Source: Acidobacteriota bacterium
Lineage (GTDB): Bacteria; Acidobacteriota; Blastocatellia; UBA7656
Direction: 5' to 3'
Length of the DNA stretch: 52,321 nucleotides
NCBI GenBank assembly: GCA_040755335.1
Contig: JBFMAU010000002.1
Coordinates: 1 to 52,321, forward strand
The notes under the pieces are model-generated. The model worked only from the letters and a program-made list of their open reading frames with translations, ran no database searches and was not told the DNA's origin. Positions 45,019 to 52,321 of the stretch are shown one piece after another; the first letter of the stretch is position 1, and every line of letters begins with the position of its first letter. The translations under genes and the position numbers were made by a program.

Positions 45019-46059
45019 ATGAAATCAGCATTTTTTTCCGCAACGCGGGCGCTTGCCGCTTACGCTGCGATCATAGCTCTGGCGGCTTTGGGACTGGCCC
45101 AGCAAGACCCCTACAAACCTCAGCAGCCTGCTCAACCTCAGCAAAAGGGGCCGCAGGTTCCCGAAGGCGAGCGCAGGGCGGTCGAAAAGATTCAGACTGC
45201 GCCCGATCTTGCGGCCAAGATGAAAGCCGCGGGCGAGTTCGTCAAAAAGTTTCCCAAAAGCACGCTTCGCGCCGAGGTGGTCGGACACATCGGCAGTCAG
45301 GTGACGAAGCTTCAGGATGCGGCCCAGCAGATCGCCAATCTTGAAAGCCTCGCCGCCATGTTCGATCAGCCTTCCGAGGCGCAGACCATCTATCCGGCGC
45401 TGATCGAGGCATACATCAAAGCTCAACGCATAGATGATTCTTTCACTGCCGCGATGAAGTTGCTTGAAAAAAATCCGAATGATGTCTCGACGCTTCTGCG
45501 CATGTCGATTCTCGGCACGGAGCAGATCAAGGTGAGAAATCTCAAGTATGTGCAGACCTCTCAGCAGTACGCGGCGAAAGCGGTGGGACTGATCGAGGAT
45601 GACAAGAAACCCGACACGCTCAACGCCGAGCAGTGGAGCGATTATAAAACCCGATGGCTGCCTCACCTTTATTACCTGCTCGGTTTCATGTCTTACTTTT
45701 CGAATGACAAGCCCGCGGCGGTCGAGCATCTGGAAAAAGCGGTCGCGCTCAAATCCGAAGACCCTATGACTTATGTTTTGATGGGTACGATCATAAACGA
45801 CGAGTACGAAACGCTGGCCAAAAAATTTCAGAGCCTGTCGAGCGGGCCTCTCAAGGATGAAACGCTCAAGCAGGCTCAGGCCAAGATGGATCAGGTCATA
45901 GATCAGTTCGCCCGCGCGGTCGCTCTCTCCGAAGGTCAGGAAGTGTATAAACAGCTTCACGATCAAATCCTGCCCAGCCTGGAGAACTACTACAAATATC
46001 GTCACAACAACTCGACTACGGGACTCAGAGAGTTGATCGATAAATACAAAAAGCCCTGA
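45019..46059 (+). CDS. Secreted helical-repeat (TPR-like) hypothetical protein
   Basis: Signal peptide MKSAFFSATRALAAYAAIIALAALGLAQQ and a Pro/Gln linker. No family recognised. Confidence 0.65.
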   Translation: MKSAFFSATRALAAYAAIIALAALGLAQQDPYKPQQPAQPQQKGPQVPEGERRAVEKIQTAPDLAAKMKAAGEFVKKFPKSTLRAEVVGHIGSQVTKLQDAAQQIANLESLAAMFDQPSEAQTIYPALIEAYIKAQRIDDSFTAAMKLLEKNPNDVSTLLRMSILGTEQIKVRNLKYVQTSQQYAAKAVGLIEDDKKPDTLNAEQWSDYKTRWLPHLYYLLGFMSYFSNDKPAAVEHLEKAVALKSEDPMTYVLMGTIINDEYETLAKKFQSLSSGPLKDETLKQAQAKMDQVIDQFARAVALSEGQEVYKQLHDQILPSLENYYKYRHNNSTTGLRELIDKYKKP

Positions 46060-46154
46060 TGAGTGACAGGAAATCGACTTCTTGTCGTTGGTCACTCATC
46101 GCGCTCGCTGACACTCTTTCATCTGCGCAATGATCGCTCGATTCAGGAGGACGG

Positions 46155-46628
46155 ATGGCCGTAAGCAAGGATGAGTTTCGCCGCGCGATGGCAAGCTTCG
46201 CAAGCGGCGTCAACATCGTCACCACCCGCAGCGAAGAAAACGCAAAACTCGGCATAACGGTGAGCGCGTTTTCTTCGCTCTCGCTCGAACCGCCTCTCAT
46301 TTTGATCTGCATCGATAAGCGCGCTTCGATTCACGATCACCTCCGGGAAGGCCGACACTTCGCCGTCAACATTCTGGCCGAAGGTCAGGAATCGCTTTCA
46401 AATCGTTTCGCTTCGCGCGAGACGGACCGCTTCAACGGGATAGAGTGCGCGGAAGGCGCGAGCGGCTTGCCGCTCATCGGCGGCGCTCTCGCTCATATAG
46501 AATGCCGCGTCGTCGCCGCTTACCCCGGCGGCGATCATACGATTTACGTCGGCGAAGTCGAGGCGACACGAGTCAGCGAAGGCAATCCGCTCGCCTACTT
46601 CCGGGGTCGTTACTCCCGCCTCGCTTAA
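46155..46628 (+). CDS. Flavin reductase-like FMN-binding split-barrel protein
   Basis: FRRAMASFASGVNIVTT...ITVSAFSSLSLEPPLILICI...GGDHTIYVGEV. RBS AGGAGG. Confidence 0.85.
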   Translation: MAVSKDEFRRAMASFASGVNIVTTRSEENAKLGITVSAFSSLSLEPPLILICIDKRASIHDHLREGRHFAVNILAEGQESLSNRFASRETDRFNGIECAEGASGLPLIGGALAHIECRVVAAYPGGDHTIYVGEVEATRVSEGNPLAYFRGRYSRLA

Positions 46629-46768
46629 ATCCGTGTGACGATTCGAAAAGTGTCATAACGCGTATGGTCGCTTTCGTCGCAGGGCTGTATTCTCAGGCTC
46701 GACTTTCAACGGTCTGAAAGCTTCATGGCAAGGCGCGACTCTGTGCCGCAGGCACAGGCTTTCTCTCA

Positions 46769-46812
46769 CGCTCAACCCGGTCATTCATTCCGCCGGGTTG
46801 AGCGCGCTTTTT
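46769..46812 (+). terminator. Strong intrinsic-terminator structure 22 nt upstream of the VWA gene start
   Basis: 12-bp perfect stem CGCTCAACCCGG/CCGGGTTGAGCG, 12-nt loop, then CGCTTTTT. Confidence 0.75.
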
Positions 46813-46833
46813 GTCGCTGTTCGGGAGGCGCTT

Positions 46834-47910
46834 ATGATCTTCAAATCGTGTTGCAGGAGACTCGGCGCTACAGGGATGCTTCTTCTGCTTTCAGTCGCAG
46901 CCCCGGCGCAACAGAAAGATGAGCCGATCAAGCTGGAATCGACTTTGGTGCTTGTAGATGCAATCGTGTTGAGCAGGAAAACCAATACGGCGGTCGGCGA
47001 TCTAAAACGCGATGATTTCAAGATCGAAGAGGACGGCAAACGACAGGCGATAACGCATTTCAGCCGCGAAGGGCTTCCCCTTTCCGTTGTTCTTCTCCTC
47101 GACATAAGCGGGAGCATGTATCCTGTAATCGATGAGCTTCAAAGAACGGCTCTTGATGCTCTCAGTCGGTTGAAGCCGCAGGATAAAGTCGCGCTTATGG
47201 TTTTTGCCAACAGACCCCGACTCGTATCCGATCTGACGACGGATCACAAGATCATCGCCGAAAAGCTGGACGATTTATTGGACGAAGCGAGCAGCATCGG
47301 ATCGTGGACATTTATCAACTCAGGCTTGCTTGGCGCAGCGCGTTACCTGCGCGCAAACACCACTGCAACCGAACGTCGCGCCATAGTGTTGATCACGGAT
47401 GATGTCGATACGAGTTCTGCCGGGTGGGAGAGCGCGCGCAAAACGGTCGAAAGAGAACTCTTTGAGACCGGCGCGACGCTGTGCGCGATAACATTCGGGC
47501 CGGGGGGCGGCGTCAAAAGCAAAGTCATAAGAGCTGGAGCCACAGCGGCAATAACTGTAGCCGCTCCCGGCCTGGGAGCCATACTGATCGCATCAAGATT
47601 GCTGGGCCGACTCAAGCCGACTCGCGGCAGCGCCAAATACTACGCGGAGCGAACCGGAGGCGTCGCCGTTGAGGCAAAACGCGATGAAGCGGCCCTGCAC
47701 TTTGCCGGAGTGCTGGAATTATTGCGCACACGCTACACCTTCGGTTACGCGCCCGCAGACACCACGCCTGACGGCAGATTCCGCGAAATCAGCGTCACAC
47801 TCAGCGACCGCGCGAAGAAAGAAAAAGGCGATGTGCGCGTCCTTGCCCGACGCGGGTATTACATTCGCAAAGAATTCGATCCCCGCACTTACCGCATAAA
47901 AAATAATTGA
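46834..47910 (+). CDS. VWFA-related acidobacterial-type domain protein (von Willebrand factor A), secreted
   Basis: LVLVDAIVLSRKTNTAVGDLKRDDFKIEEDGKRQAITHFS...VVLLLDISGSM (MIDAS DxSxS). ATG 46834 lies after GGGAGG. Confidence 0.8.
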   Translation: MIFKSCCRRLGATGMLLLLSVAAPAQQKDEPIKLESTLVLVDAIVLSRKTNTAVGDLKRDDFKIEEDGKRQAITHFSREGLPLSVVLLLDISGSMYPVIDELQRTALDALSRLKPQDKVALMVFANRPRLVSDLTTDHKIIAEKLDDLLDEASSIGSWTFINSGLLGAARYLRANTTATERRAIVLITDDVDTSSAGWESARKTVERELFETGATLCAITFGPGGGVKSKVIRAGATAAITVAAPGLGAILIASRLLGRLKPTRGSAKYYAERTGGVAVEAKRDEAALHFAGVLELLRTRYTFGYAPADTTPDGRFREISVTLSDRAKKEKGDVRVLARRGYYIRKEFDPRTYRIKNN

Positions 47911-48045
47911 TCACTAGCGCGCGAGTGATTCTGCTGATCGCCGACCCGCGGCCTTCCTTCTGGAATCGCCGTCTTATTAACACTTTTCTCATCAAAGAGG
48001 GGACAGACTCGACCGCCCCGGAACCCTTCCCAGGAGGGCAATGCG

Positions 48046-49452
48046 TTGGTGAGAAAACTGTTAAAACATTTTGCACTACTCCTTTTCGCTTTGTGCCTGA
48101 TTGCGGCAGCGAGTCACACAGCCCTTGCGCAGACCAGTTTCGGCCCTGAGACATTCACGCTCACATCGAAGAGAGCCAACATCACGCGCAACTTTTCGGT
48201 CAGCAACACTGCCATCCCCTACACGCTCACTCTCGCGAACGGACGCGACAGCGAAACCCGGATCAAAAAAGGCAAGGTCATACTCAACGGCAAGGAGATA
48301 CTTTCCAAAAAAGTTTTCTCCTCGAAGTTCGCCCGACTCGTCGTAGCCATCTCTCCCGCGCAGCAGAACGAACTGACCATCAGTCTGAAAGGACGCGAGG
48401 GAAGCTTCGCGACCATTTCCATAGAGCCTACGCCCAACGCGCTCGTCAACGATCCTTCTTCTCAGCAGGGTATAGGCTACCCTTACTGCGTGACCGTAGA
48501 TCAGGCGACTCATCGCGCCTATGTGACAGACCGACATCTTGATTCCATTCTCGAATTCGATGTGGCGCAGGCTCAGATCACGCGAAGTTTTTCTGGCATC
48601 GATGGAGATCAGACCGTAGGCAACGGAGCGACTGCGGGCGCGCATTTCAATCCCGGCTCGCGCGCCATCGTAGCCGTCAATGAAGGAACCACCAATGATC
48701 CGATTGGCAGTCTCGCGGTGCTTGATCTTGCTACCGGATCGATCAACGTCACTCAACTCCTCGATTCGGGCAACAACCTCAATCCCGTCTACGTCGCGGT
48801 CAACCCTGGCAGCAACGTCGCGGCCTTCAACGCCCGCTATAACAGCAGAGGAAGGCGCGCGTACTTTTTCCAGTTAGCGACCGGAACGATTTCATCGCGC
48901 GGCGAGAATATGACTCTCACAGGAGTCGCGGCCAATGAGATGACAAACCAGTTCGTCTTCACCGGAGCAGATTCCAATTCCGCGCCCGCGCTTTTTCTCT
49001 ACAGCGCGCTTGCGCCTTTTCAGCGCATAAAAAAAATAGATTCGACGGCGCGAGCGGGGACGAACTTTGAAAGAATAGCCGTCAATCCGGCTACCAATAT
49101 CGCAGTGGCGGTCAATCAACGCGATGGAGCCGTATTTCTTTTCGATCTGGAATCAGGCAATCAGACGGCGCGCATTCCCATCAATGTGAGCGATGTGGGA
49201 GAGCCGAGCGCGGATGTCGCCATAAATCCTGAGACCAACCTCGCTGTGGTCGTGAGCCGCTACACCCCGCGCGTTTCGGTCATAAGCCTTACGACAAAGC
49301 TGGTGATGGCTGAACTCTTGCTGCCCGAAGGCGCGCGGCCTCTCGGAATTGGAATTGACAATCAATCGAATCGCGCATTGATAAGCGAGAACGGGTTGTC
49401 CAGCACGGAGCGCAACGGCAGTCTGCTTGTTCTTCAACTGCCCGCGCCATAA
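48046..49452 (+). CDS. Secreted beta-propeller repeat protein (YVTN/lactonase-like)
   Basis: Signal peptide, then repeated ...P.GVAVNP.TN.A.V.N... units (e.g. YCVTVDQATHRAYVTD, AVNPATNIAVAVN, AINPETNLAVVVS). Confidence 0.7.
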   Translation: MVRKLLKHFALLLFALCLIAAASHTALAQTSFGPETFTLTSKRANITRNFSVSNTAIPYTLTLANGRDSETRIKKGKVILNGKEILSKKVFSSKFARLVVAISPAQQNELTISLKGREGSFATISIEPTPNALVNDPSSQQGIGYPYCVTVDQATHRAYVTDRHLDSILEFDVAQAQITRSFSGIDGDQTVGNGATAGAHFNPGSRAIVAVNEGTTNDPIGSLAVLDLATGSINVTQLLDSGNNLNPVYVAVNPGSNVAAFNARYNSRGRRAYFFQLATGTISSRGENMTLTGVAANEMTNQFVFTGADSNSAPALFLYSALAPFQRIKKIDSTARAGTNFERIAVNPATNIAVAVNQRDGAVFLFDLESGNQTARIPINVSDVGEPSADVAINPETNLAVVVSRYTPRVSVISLTTKLVMAELLLPEGARPLGIGIDNQSNRALISENGLSSTERNGSLLVLQLPAP

Positions 49453-49532
49453 AACAGATTCTCGATTGGGGAGTCGCGAGTCACCTGGGGAGTCGTCAGA
49501 GAAGTCTGACGACCGGCACGCGATTCCTTGAG

Positions 49533-49649
49533 CAGGGCTGTTGCAAAATTTCGCGAGCCTCGGCCCGCGGCTCTTATGCATACGAAAGCCGCTCTTGAAA
49601 TTTTGTCCGGCTGATCGATTTGATCTTTATCGAGTTTGCAACAGCCCTG
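49533..49649. repeat. 117-bp element bounded by a perfect 15-bp inverted repeat
   Basis: CAGGGCTGTTGCAAA (49533-47) and TTTGCAACAGCCCTG (49635-49). It contains an inner GCGGCT...AGCCGC hairpin. Confidence 0.7.
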
Positions 49650-49736
49650 TCTTCACCCTCCTTCAAAAACCATGATATGCTCTCCCGCGTCTTCGCGCGC
49701 AATGTCGAGACTCAATCGCGATCGCGCCTGTGAACA

Positions 49737-49772
49737 TTCTCGACCCCAGACTCGCGACTCCAGACACCAAAC
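49737..49772 (+). repeat. (GACTCCA)n-type leader repeat, copy 5
   Basis: ATTCTCGACCCCAGACTCGCGACTCCAGACACC, then GAAGGAGG and ATG 49790. A reverse-complement copy GGAGTCGCGAGTC sits at 49470-82. Confidence 0.75.
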
Positions 49773-49789
49773 TCTCGAAGGAGGATGTG

Positions 49790-51391
49790 ATGCTCAAAAA
49801 ACTCGCTCTTCTTTTCCTCATCGCCTGTCTGATCCTTCCCGTCTCGCGCTCTCACACCGAGCCTCAGTATGACCTTGCGATAATCAACGGGCGCATAATC
49901 GATGGGACGGGCAATCCGTGGTTTTATGGTTCGGTCGCCATAAAAAATGACCGCATAGTCAAAGTCGGCTCGATAGATCCGAAAAGCGCCGCCCGCGTCA
50001 TCGATGCCAAAGGCGCGGTCATCGCTCCCGGATTCATCGATGTGCATACTCACGTCGAAAGCAGCCTCGCTGCCAGCCCGACCGCAGACAACTTCGTTTA
50101 TATGGGCGTGACTTCTCTCGTCACAGGAAACTGCGGCACATCCTCTATCGATGTCGCGGGGTTTCTCTCGAATATGGAAAACAGCGGCATATCGGCCAAC
50201 ATAGCCACTCTCATCGGACACGGTTCGGTCAGGCGCGAAGTGCTGAAGGAAGAAAATCGCGAGCCTTCCTCCGCAGAGATTGAACAAATGCGCCAGATAG
50301 TCGACCGCGCAATGCGCGACGGCGCAACGGGAATGTCTACAGGCTTGATCTATGTGCCTGGCACTTACGCGAAAACCGACGAGGTCATAGAACTCGCCCG
50401 TGTGGTGTCGCGATATGGCGGCATCTATGCCACCCACATGAGAGACGAGGGAGATCAGGTCGCGGATTCGATCAGAGAAACTCTCACTATTGGAGAGAAG
50501 GCCGGCCTTCCGGTCGATATATCTCACTTCAAAGTTTCTTCCAAAAAGCGATGGGGTCTGAGCCGCGAGACCTGCCGCCTGGTCGAAGAGGCTCGCGCTC
50601 GCGGCCAACAGGTCACGGTGGATCAGTACGTTTATACCGCTTCTTCGACTTCGCTCAACACGCTCATTCCTTCGTGGGTTCTGGAAGGCGGGCGCGAAAA
50701 AGCGCGAGAGCGGCTCGATAATCCGGAGATGCGCACAAGGATCAAACGCGAGATGATCGCGTCGATTCGCAAAAGCGGCTTCAAAAATTTTTCCTACGCA
50801 GTCGTCGCAGGCTATCGCGCCGATCCTTCCTTCGAGGGGAAAAACATCTCAGAGATAACCAAACAGGTTCGCGGCAAGTCGAGCGTCGAAGAAGAAACAG
50901 AGCAGATAATCGCTATGTACGTGGCCGGGTCGGCGGGAATGGTCTATCACAAGATGGCGGATGCGGATGTTGAGCGGATAATCGCGCAGCCCTATACGAT
51001 GATCGCATCCGACAGCGGGGTGATTCAGATGGGGCGCGGCGCTCCGCATCCGCGAGGCTATGGCAACAACGCCCGCGCGCTTGCAGTCTATGTGCGAGAG
51101 AAAAAAATCATCACGCTCGAAGACGCCATTCGCAAGATGACATCGCTTCCGGCGGCAACTTTCAATCTGTGGGATCGCGGTTTGATAAGACCGGGGATGG
51201 CGGCTGACGTAGTCGTATTCGATGAAAAGCGGGTAGCTGACCGCGCGACTTATGATCGCCCTCATCAGTATGCGGAAGGATTCGCTTACGTCGTGGTCAA
51301 CGGCAAAGTGGTGATCGAGGCAGGCAAGCATACGGGGATGAAATCAGGCCGCGCGCTTTACGGTCCCGGCAAAACGAATCGGGAAGAATAG
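49790..51391 (+). CDS. N-acyl-D-amino-acid deacylase (D-aminoacylase) family amidohydrolase, secreted
   Basis: DLAIINGRIIDGTGNP...APGFIDVHTHVES...GIYATHMRDEGD...DISHFKVS... Confidence 0.85.
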   Translation: MLKKLALLFLIACLILPVSRSHTEPQYDLAIINGRIIDGTGNPWFYGSVAIKNDRIVKVGSIDPKSAARVIDAKGAVIAPGFIDVHTHVESSLAASPTADNFVYMGVTSLVTGNCGTSSIDVAGFLSNMENSGISANIATLIGHGSVRREVLKEENREPSSAEIEQMRQIVDRAMRDGATGMSTGLIYVPGTYAKTDEVIELARVVSRYGGIYATHMRDEGDQVADSIRETLTIGEKAGLPVDISHFKVSSKKRWGLSRETCRLVEEARARGQQVTVDQYVYTASSTSLNTLIPSWVLEGGREKARERLDNPEMRTRIKREMIASIRKSGFKNFSYAVVAGYRADPSFEGKNISEITKQVRGKSSVEEETEQIIAMYVAGSAGMVYHKMADADVERIIAQPYTMIASDSGVIQMGRGAPHPRGYGNNARALAVYVREKKIITLEDAIRKMTSLPAATFNLWDRGLIRPGMAADVVVFDEKRVADRATYDRPHQYAEGFAYVVVNGKVVIEAGKHTGMKSGRALYGPGKTNREE

Positions 51392-51409
51392 AGCCAGACA
51401 TCTGTAGCT

Positions 51410-52246
51410 TCACAAAGCGGCCAACTGATCCGCTTGAATAATTGGCAGAGGAAGAGTCGGGCATCCGCGATAATCATCCAGCAGATCGCTTTCGATCAAC
51501 TCCGACACCGACAGCGGGCGGGCGAAGAGATAGCCCTGAACCAGGTTTATTCCAAGCGCGAGGATCGTGTTGAGGTCTTCGCAGTCTTCGACTCCTTCAG
51601 CGACGACTCTCGCCCCGACCCTTTGGGCGAGTTGCGAGACCGATTCAAGCACGGCTCGCTGATAAAAATCCGCGCACGCCCCTTTGACCAGAGAGCGGTC
51701 TATTTTGAAATAATCTGGCCTGCACGAAAGTATCATTCGATAATTCGAATGCCCCATTCCGAAATCATCCATCGCTATCCTTGCGCCCATTCTTCTCACC
51801 CGCTCAATCGCTTCCAGAAAACGCGCTCCATCCCAGAACGGAACATGCTCGACTATTTCAACCGTCAGGCGCGCGAGCGGGATTGAAAACCGTCTCGCCG
51901 CGCTCTCAAGAAAGAGAGGGAAATCCGCGTCCAGTTCCAGAGTCGAAGCGTGAACATTGATCGAAAGCGGAGGAGGGCCGGGAAGCTCGGCGGCAGTTCG
52001 AAAGGCCACGCGGATGCATGCGCGGTCTATGCGAACTTCCTGTTGCTCGCGGCGAGCGTATTCGAATAGCACATCGGCGGATTCCATCGGCGTTTGGCGA
52101 GGCCCGCGAGCCAGAGATTCAAGCGCGTGCAGACGCCAGCTTCCGTCGCGGATTTCGAATATGGGTTGAAAAAGGACTGAAAGCGATCTGATCGCCTCAT
52201 CAAGCGCGCAGGGGGCATTGCCGCACAGACCGTCTGTTGATTTCAT
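51410..52246 (-). CDS. Stand-alone EAL-domain protein (c-di-GMP phosphodiesterase family)
   Basis: FQPIFEI...LESLARG, LSINVHA, LTVEIVEH, IAMDDFGMGHSNY, YFKIDRSL, VVAEGVED, QGYLFARP. Confidence 0.85.
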   Translation of the reverse strand: MKSTDGLCGNAPCALDEAIRSLSVLFQPIFEIRDGSWRLHALESLARGPRQTPMESADVLFEYARREQQEVRIDRACIRVAFRTAAELPGPPPLSINVHASTLELDADFPLFLESAARRFSIPLARLTVEIVEHVPFWDGARFLEAIERVRRMGARIAMDDFGMGHSNYRMILSCRPDYFKIDRSLVKGACADFYQRAVLESVSQLAQRVGARVVAEGVEDCEDLNTILALGINLVQGYLFARPLSVSELIESDLLDDYRGCPTLPLPIIQADQLAAL

Positions 52247-52321
52247 GAGGAGTCATCCTCGCAGCTTATGTTTTCATTCTCATACCCTGGCTCTTGCCTT
52301 GACTTGCCTAAGAACTAGAAC

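Overview
This is a 52.3-kb chromosomal segment, GC-rich by eye. It is most consistent with an Acidobacteriota genome. Supporting genes are a VWFA protein of the acidobacterial type, a CarboxypepD_reg TonB-dependent receptor, a CadC/TolB-propeller regulator, and ActA/ActB-like alternative complex III genes at the left edge. I support about 45 protein-coding genes. Most are housekeeping or secreted hydrolases, a porin-phnDCE transport operon, proS and guaB. Six things stand out. (1) Two small ORFs (32112-32639) are really one selenoprotein gene: an in-frame TGA sits in a U-G-S-C-T-T-C motif and is followed by a SECIS-like hairpin. Its upstream neighbour is a thioredoxin-fold protein fused to an unrecognised 380-aa domain, so the pair may be an uncharacterised redox module. 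(2) guaB carries a 452-aa LAGLIDADG intein inserted exactly at the catalytic cysteine. (3) There is a more AT-rich type II restriction-modification cassette, a DUF433/DUF5615 toxin-antitoxin-like pair and a DUF5678/retropepsin-like pair. (4) A conserved hairpin-GAAARYATGAAA-hairpin motif lies in the 5' leaders of at least four genes for exported proteins. (5) Several families of short tandem-unit (7-10 nt) intergenic elements are present. One is a composite (GGTCAGT)n-(GACTCCA)n element between cistrons, and one palindromic element is inserted in frame inside a lipid-kinase gene. (6) A decayed CHAT-domain gene sits next to a 16-nt tandem repeat. I found no rRNA, tRNA or CRISPR array. All calls come from reading the sequence and from recalled family motifs; no database search was run.
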